Virus record (IMG/VR): IMGVR_UViG_3300032307_001039
Length of the DNA: 64,000 nt
Direction: 5' to 3' (one strand)
DNA from: an uncultured virus (IMG/VR IMGVR_UViG_3300032307_001039)
Taxonomy: Duplodnaviria > Heunggongvirae > Uroviricota > Caudoviricetes
Positions 38,429-48,612 of this stretch are shown one piece after another. Below the pieces are notes generated by a model, which was given only the letters and a program-made list of their open reading frames with translations, ran no database searches and was not told where the DNA came from. Both the position numbers and the translations under genes were made by a program. Position 1 is the first letter of the stretch; every line of letters starts with the position of its first letter.

Positions 38429-41400
38429 TGAAAAAAGATTTATTTAAATATATTTTTAATGAAGGTCCAATAAAAACCAGTTCTATTTTGAAAAGTGATA
38501 GAAGAGAAGACGAACCTCTTTTGACAGGCATAGAAGAACCAGATAAACAAACATTATTGAAAAATCTTCCAACAGCAAGAGAAGATTATCGAGCAATTAG
38601 AAAAAAAGAAATTAAGAGAGACATGGTCGATCTTAAAAAGAAAAAGAATGAACTTATTAAACTTGCAAAAGCAGAACAAGAACCACAACCATTACTTTTT
38701 GATAGAAAAATAACCACTATTAATACCGAAGCAGATTGGAAGACTGAATTAATTGCTCTTAATAAAATGATTAGAGCTAGAGGTGGATCTAGTTCAAATA
38801 AGAACCAGAATGCCTATGCCAAATCTTTAAAACTTATTATTAATAAGTTTTTCTCTCTTGGTCTTAAAATTCCTAAAAGACGTCTTTATATACCTCTTAC
38901 TAGAAATAATAATTTTTCTCAAATAGATAACCTAAATAAAAGAGGTTACTATGACATGATGATTAATATCAAGAAGTCTCAATTTGTTGATCTAGAAGAA
39001 ATAGATAAAGATATTATTGCTTATCTTGAAAAGTTTGGTTATCAATTAACAAAAGCAGATTTTTTCGCTAATCGTTGTCGTAATAAAAATAATAAACAAA
39101 TTCCAATAGATATGGAATTAAAAAAAATTCAAGATATTGATGTTACAAAGAAAAAAGCTTTTTTAGCAAAAACAAAAGATCAGAAGTTAATAGATATTGC
39201 TAATGAGGATATTGATAAACGTGATCAATATGAAAGTTTATATCTAACCAGAGTAGAAACAATTAAAAACTATTTAAATATTATGTTAGATAAAATTATT
39301 ATTATTACATGGTCACCTTTAAGTATTCTATCACAAAGTACAGGCACTCAATGGCATAGTTGTATGACATATGAAGAACACCCAGATAGTGAAGTAAATG
39401 TTAGATTCATACCACCTTCTGTTAATAATGGGGTTTTTATAGCATGGTTAGTTGATATAGATGATAAAAAAATAATGAAACCAATAGCCAGAACTTTGCT
39501 TAAACCAAGAAAGGTAGAATTAGGCAATAATAAAACTCGTATAGCTTGGTGGCCAAGCAGAATCTACACATCTGGTGGTCAAAAAAATGTTATTGATCTT
39601 TTTAGCAGAACAGTTAGTAACTATATGCTATATAAACAAAAAAATATTTTTAAAATTGATAAGTATTCTGTTAAAGTTACTGACAATATTTATAATAGAC
39701 CCGGTCTTGATGGAGAAACTTATGCAGATAAAGAAGAAGAAGTTACCATTATTAATTTTAATACTTTTTTAAATATCATTAAAAAAGAAACAAAAGAACA
39801 ATACAATATTTATTATTTAGCTACACGTTATATAAATTTATTAAACGGTTATGACATAGATAGTGAAAAAATAAAAAGATTAATAGAAGATGAAGATTTT
39901 TTAAAATTCTTAAAAGGTGTTCTTAATAAAGAAAACGTAAGTGTAGAGATAAAAAGTTTTATAGCTAGTCTTTTTGAGAAAATAGCTAACACAGCAGATT
40001 ATAAACTGCTTTATTTATTTTTTTCAAAATTAAATAAAGAAGAAACAGATAATTTTATTACAAATCTTTTTTTTATTAATGTTAATCGTAGATGGGGAGG
40101 CGGAGTCGGTGAACATCTATTAAATCTAACTTTTAATCAAATGATCGAGGATGATACCTTTATTAATTATTTTTTAAATACTTATTTCTTTAAAAGACTT
40201 GAAAATGACAAAGAATTTTTGGAGTCATGTGTTAAACGAAGTCGTTTTCTATTAAAAATCATAGATAATGATAATCTATTTTTTAAGTTAATAAAAATAG
40301 ATAGTCGTTTTATTGATTTAAAGGATGCAGATTATGGAGTTCTAAATAAAGTTTTTAATACAATTAAAAACTTTGATATATTTAAAATTGTTTTTGAAAC
40401 TAATGAAAAAGTAATTACAGGCGAAATCAAAGAGTTTTTTAAGAAAAATTTTACAGATGTCGATCATAATGGTGAAGTTGAATATGATATTGAAAAGAAA
40501 AAACAATTTTTAAGATATATTTTAATAGAGAAAAATAAAAACATTGGCATATTAGTTGATAAATCTGTAACTCCTGAAAAGGCTTTGCTAATTAATGATA
40601 TTTTCCCATTAAATGATTTTGAGTTAATAAAAAAAGTTTACAGAGAAGTAAGACCAGAGTCAATTTATGGTCTTATTGATAAATTTATTACTATCTTATT
40701 TAGATCTAAAACAGAACAAGAATATAAAGAATACTATGACTTATTTATATCCAGACCAGAAACCAAATTTGAAGAAAATTATACTTACACTGGTATGAAT
40801 CATATTACGATTTTATTGTATAATGATAAAAAAGATAAAGTTTTTTTTAAAAATTTATATCAAGAATTTTTAGATAGAAAAATAAGTAGATTAAAAGATA
40901 GTGAAAAAAATAAAGATGCTGTTTTTTATGCTACCGTTAATGAATATAAAAATTTTTCTGATATTTTAAACAGAGACACCACTCCTATCATTAAAAATTT
41001 ATTTACTGGTCAAGCTTTAAAAGATATGTTATCAAGAATGAACAAGGATTTTTTTGAAAGTGTTATTTTCGAAGCTTTAACTGAAAATGATTATATGTAT
41101 AACACAAAAACTTTATCTAATGGTTTAAAAAATTTAATTGATAACTATGAAAATCTAAATGAGAAAGCTAGAAATGATTTAAAAGTAATACTAGAGCATT
41201 TTTTAAATATTTTTCCAGATATGTTCGCTAGAGATTCTGTCCATCAAATGTTAGTTTTTATTTATTTTGATATTAACGTTTTAGAAAAAATGCAAATGCA
41301 TGAAGCCGATGCTTTTTTAGGTGATTTAATAACTAGTCCATTCGCTTCTGAGACTAAAATTGATTTTTTTAAAAAAATAATTAAAAAAGAAGTTAAAATT

Positions 41401-42240
41401 TATTTTAGTAAAGATCTAGATAAACATTCATTTCCGACAGGAATTTCAGGGTTCTCAACTGCTGTTTTTTATTATTTTTTAAAATGTATCAATATGAATT
41501 TATTCAAAGGAATAAAAAAAGAAATACCTAGTTTTTATTTTTCATCATATTTATATGGAGAAAAATATCTGTTAGATGAACGTATAACAGTTGTAGATTT
41601 TATTAATGAACTAAAAGAATTTAAAGTTATGATAAAAAAAGAAAAAGAGATGCATCTATATGGAGATTTCATTTTTTCTAATAAAGACAATTTTAATTTA
41701 TCAAGCGAAATGTTTAAAACTGTTATAAAAAATGATCCTGATATGAAAGAAAAAATTATTGAAGAAATTATCAATAGTATTACCTTACAAAATATGTCTG
41801 AATATGAATGTAAAAAGACAATTAAGAATATGTTAGATCTTTTAAAAGTTATAGATGCGAATGATGAACAGATCTCTAATGGTTTAAGATACAGATTAAG
41901 AAAAGCGCCTAATATTAGGTTTGTAACACTTAATGTTTTAAATAACTCTGATAAACTTTTTTCTTTATTTATTTCAATGAACGATTTTGAAGAATATGTT
42001 ACTAACACATTAAATTTTTTAATGAATAAACGAAGCATATTCTATGAAACGTTAGCTTTGGCTAATTTTATGGTAAAAATATTTAGAGCTACAAATTTAG
42101 ATAAAAAAGAGAAAGGTAAAATGCTAGCTGAAAGTTTAGGTTATTATAAAAATCCAGCTGAAACTTTAAGAGATTTAAAAATTAAACTTTCAACTGGAAA
42201 TTATCAAACTTTAAAATCTATCTTTGAAAATTTGGATTAA
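38428..42240 (+). CDS. giant paralogue 4 (WxSCM core)
   Basis: ITWSPLSILSQSTGTQWHSCM...GVFIAWLV...PIARTLLKP...WWPSRIY. Confidence 0.8.
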   Translation: MKKDLFKYIFNEGPIKTSSILKSDRREDEPLLTGIEEPDKQTLLKNLPTAREDYRAIRKKEIKRDMVDLKKKKNELIKLAKAEQEPQPLLFDRKITTINTEADWKTELIALNKMIRARGGSSSNKNQNAYAKSLKLIINKFFSLGLKIPKRRLYIPLTRNNNFSQIDNLNKRGYYDMMINIKKSQFVDLEEIDKDIIAYLEKFGYQLTKADFFANRCRNKNNKQIPIDMELKKIQDIDVTKKKAFLAKTKDQKLIDIANEDIDKRDQYESLYLTRVETIKNYLNIMLDKIIIITWSPLSILSQSTGTQWHSCMTYEEHPDSEVNVRFIPPSVNNGVFIAWLVDIDDKKIMKPIARTLLKPRKVELGNNKTRIAWWPSRIYTSGGQKNVIDLFSRTVSNYMLYKQKNIFKIDKYSVKVTDNIYNRPGLDGETYADKEEEVTIINFNTFLNIIKKETKEQYNIYYLATRYINLLNGYDIDSEKIKRLIEDEDFLKFLKGVLNKENVSVEIKSFIASLFEKIANTADYKLLYLFFSKLNKEETDNFITNLFFINVNRRWGGGVGEHLLNLTFNQMIEDDTFINYFLNTYFFKRLENDKEFLESCVKRSRFLLKIIDNDNLFFKLIKIDSRFIDLKDADYGVLNKVFNTIKNFDIFKIVFETNEKVITGEIKEFFKKNFTDVDHNGEVEYDIEKKKQFLRYILIEKNKNIGILVDKSVTPEKALLINDIFPLNDFELIKKVYREVRPESIYGLIDKFITILFRSKTEQEYKEYYDLFISRPETKFEENYTYTGMNHITILLYNDKKDKVFFKNLYQEFLDRKISRLKDSEKNKDAVFYATVNEYKNFSDILNRDTTPIIKNLFTGQALKDMLSRMNKDFFESVIFEALTENDYMYNTKTLSNGLKNLIDNYENLNEKARNDLKVILEHFLNIFPDMFARDSVHQMLVFIYFDINVLEKMQMHEADAFLGDLITSPFASETKIDFFKKIIKKEVKIYFSKDLDKHSFPTGISGFSTAVFYYFLKCINMNLFKGIKKEIPSFYFSSYLYGEKYLLDERITVVDFINELKEFKVMIKKEKEMHLYGDFIFSNKDNFNLSSEMFKTVIKNDPDMKEKIIEEIINSITLQNMSEYECKKTIKNMLDLLKVIDANDEQISNGLRYRLRKAPNIRFVTLNVLNNSDKLFSLFISMNDFEEYVTNTLNFLMNKRSIFYETLALANFMVKIFRATNLDKKEKGKMLAESLGYYKNPAETLRDLKIKLSTGNYQTLKSIFENLD

Positions 42241-42778
42241 AAGACTCGTAATTAGATTTTTGTTGTTTCTCAATTTCTATCTGTTTCATCAGAGCATTCA
42301 TCAAATACACTATGGTGATCACAGGCAAAACAGCAATACAGAAACCAACGGTTAGTGTCATGAGTGAGTTGGGATCTAACAGGAGCATCAGGATGCTACC
42401 CATTCTTTCTCCGCTTGGACTCTGTATTGCTAACATGATATTGGCATAAATACTAATAGCTAATGCAGAGAAAGTTGAAAAATTTGCTAGTGTCTTTATG
42501 TTCATTAAGTGAAAGACAATGATCATGGTGTCAAGTAAAAATGTGATACCAATTGCATAGATACTTATCATCATTTCGTTGCCAACCATATCCATTCTCA
42601 TGTGATAGATTTGTTGTTTAATAGCATAATAATTTCCAACAATAGAAATTATTGCACTAAACATGGCTAAAAATAATTTAAAATATTTTTTGTCAAAAAT
42701 ATTAAAGAAATCTACAGAGATATCATTGTCATTGATATTTTTCTGTATGAACGGCGGTGACTGATAATTGTTATTCAT
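42218..42778 (-). CDS. membrane protein (4 TM)
   Basis: Four hydrophobic segments. Confidence 0.7.
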   Translation of the reverse strand: MNNNYQSPPFIQKNINDNDISVDFFNIFDKKYFKLFLAMFSAIISIVGNYYAIKQQIYHMRMDMVGNEMMISIYAIGITFLLDTMIIVFHLMNIKTLANFSTFSALAISIYANIMLAIQSPSGERMGSILMLLLDPNSLMTLTVGFCIAVLPVITIVYLMNALMKQIEIEKQQKSNYESFNPNFQR

Positions 42779-42857
42779 AGGAACCTTTATTTTTTTATAT
42801 TTAAAATATTTTATTTTAAAAAATAATTATATGTATAAAAAAAATAAAAAATAAAAC

Positions 42858-43673
42858 ATGGGTATTATTAATTTATTTAATGATTTTAATGAAGCAGAGA
42901 AAGCTCAAAAAGATTTTTGTGGTATGGACAGTGAAGATTTTTGTGGTATGGACAGTGAAGATTTTTTTTTAAAAAATTTACAAACTATGCCAGAAGATTG
43001 GCATTACAGAACTAAAAAAATATCTTATGTTGATAATTCTAAAGGATATCGCGCTAAAAGTTTCAATAAAATAGAATGGAAAAATGCAATTGTTGTTTTA
43101 GGTTGTAGTCATACTTACGGAGCAGGAGTTGCACAAGATGAAACACTTAGCCATTATTTAAGTTTATTGACAAAAAGAGAAGTAGTGAATATGGGAGTTA
43201 ATGGAGGTTCAAATGAACTAATGATTAACAACTGTGCTTATATTATTAATAATTATGAAATACCATATGCTTTTGTTTTTAATTGGACAGATATTTATAG
43301 ATTTATTTATTATATAAATGAAAAACAATTTAATGTTGCCCCTTGGATTTTTGAAAAAGACAAAAAAAGTATGAGAGTAGAAATAAATTTTTCTTATATT
43401 AATTTAATAAGAAAAATTTATACTTATAGAGCTGAAAATTTAATCAATCTTAAAAAAATAAATTATAATTTTAAATTAAATGCGTTAGCTATGTTAAAAG
43501 GAAGATCACATTTTTTTGATGTCTCAGTTTCTCCAGATGGAGCAGAAGCTATGCAATGTAAATATTTTGAAAATAACAAGAGTGCAAGGGATTTAGTTCA
43601 TATGGGAAAAGAAAATCATGAAGAAATAGCTAATTATATTTTCAATGAAATGATGAAAAATAATTTATTTTAA
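42858..43673 (+). CDS. SGNH/GDSL-like hydrolase or acyltransferase
   Basis: LGCSHTYG (block I), NMGVNGGSN (block II), RDLVH (block V). Confidence 0.75.
   Translation: MGIINLFNDFNEAEKAQKDFCGMDSEDFCGMDSEDFFLKNLQTMPEDWHYRTKKISYVDNSKGYRAKSFNKIEWKNAIVVLGCSHTYGAGVAQDETLSHYLSLLTKREVVNMGVNGGSNELMINNCAYIINNYEIPYAFVFNWTDIYRFIYYINEKQFNVAPWIFEKDKKSMRVEINFSYINLIRKIYTYRAENLINLKKINYNFKLNALAMLKGRSHFFDVSVSPDGAEAMQCKYFENNKSARDLVHMGKENHEEIANYIFNEMMKNNLF
42910..42966 (+). repeat. 24-nt in-frame tandem duplication
   Basis: AAGATTTTTGTGGTATGGACAGTG x2 plus partial third copy; DFCGMDSE x2. Confidence 0.9.
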
Positions 43674-45158
43674 AAAATCATTAATTTTTATTTTATTTTT
43701 AAAATATTGATTATATTTTTTTTCTTCTATCATTTCATGATACTCCATTATTTCTTTAGATTTGTTTTTAAAAAATAATGTTTTATTATTTTCTTTTTTT
43801 TCTTTTTTAATAACATTTTTTGATTTTAAAAAATAATATATAGCTTCAACTGAAAAGAAAGTACTTTGAAGATAATTTTTATCAAGTTCTTTTGATTTAA
43901 AAAAATTAAATTTATTTTCTAATAAAAATTCTATTACATATTTAAAATCTCCTATAAAATTTAAATTATAACAATAATTCCAAAAATCATTTTTATAATT
44001 ATGATTAAATTTATAGTGCATGATAATCACATTTATAATTTCATACCATAATTTTTCTATATATAAATTATTATTTTTAATTTCACTTTTTGTTAAAAAT
44101 AAATTATTGTTTTTATGCGAGTGACTTTTTATTAGTAAGTGTATACTATTTAAAATAACGCTGTATCCTGTTGCTTCTAATGGTTCTGCAAAACCAGCTG
44201 AATTTCCAATTAAACAATAATTTTTATTAAAAATATTACGATAAAAACCTGATTTAAATTTTATTTTTCTGTGACTTTTAATCAAATAATTATTTTTTTT
44301 TAAATATTCTTCAATAGCTGTTTCTTCAGAAATAGTTGAAGAATTATAAACGTATCCTTTACCAGTTCTTCCTGCGCAGTCTATCTGAAACATCCAACCA
44401 TTTGACATAGCGTGCGCTATTGAACAATGATTGGGGGTTTCAGATATTGGATGTTCACCTAAAATAACAGAATCACAAACCATATAATCATTAAAAGAAA
44501 ACCAATCATTTTTTATATAATTAGTTATACATCCATTAAAGCCTGAGCAATCTATGTAAAAATCATATTCATGCCAATTTTCATTAAAATATACACTTTT
44601 TATTATTTCATTGTCTTCTATTTTAAAATTAGAAATTTCTCCTTCTATTTGATTAATTTCTTTTAATTTTATTTGTTTTTTTAAGTATGGAATAAATTTT
44701 TTATTTTCTATTTGATATGCATGTAAATATTCAAAATTTTGTTCATTTCCACATATTAATTGACCATTTTTAGTTATTGGTGGTTTTTTTTGGTTAATGA
44801 GACTGGAAAAAAGTGAATAATTAAAATCATCCATTTCATCAATTATCTCTAATCCGTATTTCATCATTAATTCTATGGCGTCAAAAGTGTAATTAATTAT
44901 TTTACCATTTTCTGTCCAATCTCTTGTTTGCAATCCTAACTTAAAGGTTGGTGTTACTTCGTTGTGAAATTCATCGATATCTAGTTCACAATCTTTAAAA
45001 AAAAAGAATGGAATATCTAAAAGACTACTTTCTCCAACTCCGATAATATTTATATTTTTACTTTGTATTAGATCAACTTGAAAATTCTTAAAAACCGTTT
45101 TGTATTTTAAAGCACTAAAATAACCAGCTGCTCCGCCTCCTATAATTAACACTTTCAT
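43665..45158 (-). CDS. flavin-dependent (tryptophan-halogenase family) enzyme
   Basis: IIGGGAAG, IGVGES, TFKLG (catalytic Lys), IDCSGF, GWMFQID, GFAEPLEATG. Confidence 0.88.
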   Translation of the reverse strand: MKVLIIGGGAAGYFSALKYKTVFKNFQVDLIQSKNINIIGVGESSLLDIPFFFFKDCELDIDEFHNEVTPTFKLGLQTRDWTENGKIINYTFDAIELMMKYGLEIIDEMDDFNYSLFSSLINQKKPPITKNGQLICGNEQNFEYLHAYQIENKKFIPYLKKQIKLKEINQIEGEISNFKIEDNEIIKSVYFNENWHEYDFYIDCSGFNGCITNYIKNDWFSFNDYMVCDSVILGEHPISETPNHCSIAHAMSNGWMFQIDCAGRTGKGYVYNSSTISEETAIEEYLKKNNYLIKSHRKIKFKSGFYRNIFNKNYCLIGNSAGFAEPLEATGYSVILNSIHLLIKSHSHKNNNLFLTKSEIKNNNLYIEKLWYEIINVIIMHYKFNHNYKNDFWNYCYNLNFIGDFKYVIEFLLENKFNFFKSKELDKNYLQSTFFSVEAIYYFLKSKNVIKKEKKENNKTLFFKNKSKEIMEYHEMIEEKKYNQYFKNKIKINDFLK

Positions 45159-45484
45159 TAAATTATTTTTTCTTCAAAAGGATTTATTATTTCATGAAAA
45201 GAACAACCTCTATATCTATTATTATCCCAATTTAAATCTATTCTCCACCATTTTTCTTTTTGATTTTCAAAAAACAACGTGGTTGTTAATGGTAAATTAT
45301 GTTTTTTGACTAATTCTTCTCCTATGTCTTCTATAAATCTTGTATTTTCATCATCTTCTGTATAAAAAATAAGACATTTTTTATGTGTTTCATTTTTTCC
45401 CTTTTTCTCTGTTAAGGTTTTTATTTCATATTTATAATCTATTAGTTTTTGAATGGTGTTATTGTTAGATTTTAAGTTTTCCAT
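45158..45484 (-). CDS. hypothetical protein
   Basis: 108-aa ORF coupled to the halogenase gene. Confidence 0.55.
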   Translation of the reverse strand: MENLKSNNNTIQKLIDYKYEIKTLTEKKGKNETHKKCLIFYTEDDENTRFIEDIGEELVKKHNLPLTTTLFFENQKEKWWRIDLNWDNNRYRGCSFHEIINPFEEKII

Positions 45485-45536
45485 TTTATATTTTATAATT
45501 TTAAATAAAAATAATATAAAAATAAAAATATATTTT

Positions 45537-46313
45537 ATGATTAAAGATAAGGTAAATTTTGCAAAAGAATCTAGGAGTAAATTAATAGAATTAACACAAA
45601 ATTATTTTGATTCTTCAGATGAAGAACATGATATTAAGTTTAATGAATTTAAAAAATATTATGAATTATTATTTAAAGATATTACAATATCAAATAATAA
45701 TAAAATTTTATATTCTCAAATTGTTATGGATATTTGTATAAATGTATCAAAGAATTTGATTATAAAATTTATAGCTCAATCAATAGTTAAAATATATAAA
45801 AAAGAAATAAATAGAGACTTATTAATAAATAATGAATATTTTATATTTAGATTTTTAGCTAACAAAGAAATAATAAAAAATATTTTAAAAAAAAGAAATA
45901 ATTTAAATTATATTATTTTACATTATTATAATATAATTTCTAGATGGCCTGAATGGAAATTTCTTGGTAAAAATGAATTTTTTTTAGTTGAAAATATAAA
46001 TAAATTAAAAAAAAATATAAATCAAGAAATGAATAAAGACGTATATGAATATAAAAACATAAATAAATTTGTGTTTGAAAGTTTTATGAATTCACAAGAT
46101 GAATTAATGGAAAATAAATTTATAGATTTAATAAATAATAAACGTCTTTTTAAAATCATCAATAATAATATTGTTATTGATGATGATTTTAAAAATTTTT
46201 TATTCTTAATTTTTAATCTTAATGTAAATGAAAATATTAAGTTGAATTTAACTTCAAATGATGAGAATGAAATAATAAAAGAATTAGAAAATTTAATAAT
46301 TAACGTATTTTAG
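45537..46313 (+). CDS. hypothetical protein
   Basis: Long ORF; in-frame ATG 45537 avoids overlap with the divergent gene. Confidence 0.55.
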   Translation: MIKDKVNFAKESRSKLIELTQNYFDSSDEEHDIKFNEFKKYYELLFKDITISNNNKILYSQIVMDICINVSKNLIIKFIAQSIVKIYKKEINRDLLINNEYFIFRFLANKEIIKNILKKRNNLNYIILHYYNIISRWPEWKFLGKNEFFLVENINKLKKNINQEMNKDVYEYKNINKFVFESFMNSQDELMENKFIDLINNKRLFKIINNNIVIDDDFKNFLFLIFNLNVNENIKLNLTSNDENEIIKELENLIINVF

Positions 46314-47400
46314 TTTTTTTTAATAGTTCACATATTTTTTTTATTTCTTCTTTTTTTAAACAACTATGAATCGGTAAACAAACTATTTGTTCATTCATCT
46401 CTTCACTCTTTATTAATTTTTTGTTTTCTTTTTTATAAAGATTCGTCATGTGTAAAGGATAATATTTAAAATTAACATTTATATTATTTTCTTTTAGATT
46501 ATTAATTATTTTTTCTTTTTTGTCTTTGCTCGTTCGTATCCAATACCAATTTTTAGGATATTGACTAATTTTAGGCACATGAAAATCATGTTCTAGTTCA
46601 CGATAATAAATTTGTTCATTCCCTAATCTTTTATTTATCATTTCATCTAGTTTATCTATTTGAATTAATCCTATAGCTGAGCCAACAGAAGACATTACGC
46701 TTTTATTACCAGACACATATATATTATTATCTTGTTGATAATTGAAACTATTGGTAAGTAAATTCTTTTTTATTCCTAAAAATGTATGCATCTCAAATTC
46801 TTCTTTATGTTTAATATATTTATTATTATTAATATAAATCATACCTCCTTCTATTGTTGTTAATATTTTTGCATTATTAAAACTATAAATAACAAAATCA
46901 GCTAGATGATTATTTTTACCGCCAATAAGATTACATGCTCTATCTTCTATCAGCATCATATTTTTATCTTTACAGAAATTTTTAATTCGATATAACTCTT
47001 CAGGTTGAATTCCACCATAATTATTAATAACTACGGCTTTACAGTTTTTATTATAAACATTTTTAATATTAAAAAAAGATGGATTTAAATCTTCTTCGAC
47101 ATCACAAATATTTATTTGAGCCCCCGATTCAACAATTGCATTTGCTATTCCCGCATAAGCAATGCTTGGAACTATTACTTCGCCTTTTATTTTTAAAGTT
47201 TTAAAAAGTATAAAAAGCGCATTAGTCGCATTACCAGTCATAACACATTTATTTTTATCTATTTTTAATTTTTGACTTATTTTTTCTTTAAAAATATTTA
47301 TTTCTTCTCCATAGCCTATCCAACCGTTTAACATTGTTTTAGCTACATAATAAATTTCTTTTAAGCCAATATCTGGCTGATATATTCTTATTTGATTCAT
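46300..47400 (-). CDS. DegT/DnrJ/EryC1/StrS PLP-dependent sugar aminotransferase
   Basis: NATNAL, EVIVPS, LIEDRAC, SFNNAKILTTIEGGM (PLP Lys), CLPIH. Confidence 0.88.
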   Translation of the reverse strand: MNQIRIYQPDIGLKEIYYVAKTMLNGWIGYGEEINIFKEKISQKLKIDKNKCVMTGNATNALFILFKTLKIKGEVIVPSIAYAGIANAIVESGAQINICDVEEDLNPSFFNIKNVYNKNCKAVVINNYGGIQPEELYRIKNFCKDKNMMLIEDRACNLIGGKNNHLADFVIYSFNNAKILTTIEGGMIYINNNKYIKHKEEFEMHTFLGIKKNLLTNSFNYQQDNNIYVSGNKSVMSSVGSAIGLIQIDKLDEMINKRLGNEQIYYRELEHDFHVPKISQYPKNWYWIRTSKDKKEKIINNLKENNINVNFKYYPLHMTNLYKKENKKLIKSEEMNEQIVCLPIHSCLKKEEIKKICELLKKTKIR

Positions 47401-48401
47401 ATTAAAGATGTGAAAACTTTTTTAAATTTATTAACATTTTTTTTGTTGTTGTTTAACAATATTTCTTTCCTTTCCTCGTCTTTTATATTATTGTCTATGA
47501 ATAACAATGTTTTTTCTTTTAAAGAAATATATTCATTTACAATATAATTGTTTTTTTTATCTAAAAAATCTTTCACTCTGTTCGCCGTAAAAACACAACA
47601 ATATAAAATAATGGTTTTATCTTTTATTCTATTATCATCTATATATGAAATAAGAATAAGAAAAGAAAAATAATATTTAAAATATTGATAAAAGTAAACT
47701 AATCTGTCTTTTAACTTTAAAGTATTTATTACTTTAATAAAAAAATCACCAAATATTTTGTCATAATAATCAAATATTTTCATAAAAATTTTATTTTGAT
47801 CATAGCTCTTGTTTAAGAGATAAAAATTAATATAGATATCATCAAAAATATGTTTTTTATAAAAGTAATGAAGTCGTTTTATGTATCTTTTATATAAAAA
47901 AATTTCTTTTTCAGAGAAATATTTATTTATTTGAAAGTCTTTGTTGTTAAAATTAAAATTCTTATAAACATTTAAAAATTTTTCGTCAAATGAGTTCATC
48001 GTTTTAATTTTATAATCAAAAAAAGAAATAATAAAAGTCGCAGAGTTTCTTTGCCCAAAAAAACTTTTTATTTCTTTGCCATCTTTATAAACAGAATAAG
48101 TTTTATATTTATCATCGCCTAGTGTTTCTGACATTATGCAATAATGTTCTTCGTGTTTATTTTTTAATAAAAAAAGATTAAATTTATAAAAAATCTCATA
48201 ACTGTCTATTTTAACTTCTTCTATCATAAGATTTTTATTTTTTAAAATACGCGCACATATTTTATATGTTTTATTGTAGTATTTACTTAAAAATTTTTCA
48301 TAATAACCGTATTTATTATTTTTATAAACTAGATAATAAGTAAAAAATCTAGTTTTATGAACTAAACAATAATTTTTTTCTGTTGAATATTTAATTATCA
48401 T
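47397..48401 (-). CDS. hypothetical protein (Tyr/Phe/Lys-rich)
   Basis: 334-aa ORF coupled to the ACP and DegT genes. Confidence 0.6.
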   Translation of the reverse strand: MIIKYSTEKNYCLVHKTRFFTYYLVYKNNKYGYYEKFLSKYYNKTYKICARILKNKNLMIEEVKIDSYEIFYKFNLFLLKNKHEEHYCIMSETLGDDKYKTYSVYKDGKEIKSFFGQRNSATFIISFFDYKIKTMNSFDEKFLNVYKNFNFNNKDFQINKYFSEKEIFLYKRYIKRLHYFYKKHIFDDIYINFYLLNKSYDQNKIFMKIFDYYDKIFGDFFIKVINTLKLKDRLVYFYQYFKYYFSFLILISYIDDNRIKDKTIILYCCVFTANRVKDFLDKKNNYIVNEYISLKEKTLLFIDNNIKDEERKEILLNNNKKNVNKFKKVFTSLI

Positions 48402-48612
48402 TTAATTTTTTATAAATATAATCTGCTGTGTCATTTATATTTATAAAAGTTATGCCTTTATCTACATTTATTTTAAAATTATTTTCAATTAAAATAACAT
48501 ATCTGTAATAATTTATGGAATCCAAATGATGAAAAAGACGCTGATCATCGTCAGCATCTGTATCAAAATTTTCTTTTAATATTTGTTTTATTTTTTGTTT
48601 TATTTCATCCAT
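48391..48612 (-). CDS. acyl carrier protein
   Basis: 73 aa; IK..L...F...LDSIN...V..IE..F.I...TF.NI.D..DYI (phosphopantetheine Ser in LDS). Confidence 0.8.
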   Translation of the reverse strand: MDEIKQKIKQILKENFDTDADDDQRLFHHLDSINYYRYVILIENNFKINVDKGITFININDTADYIYKKLNDN

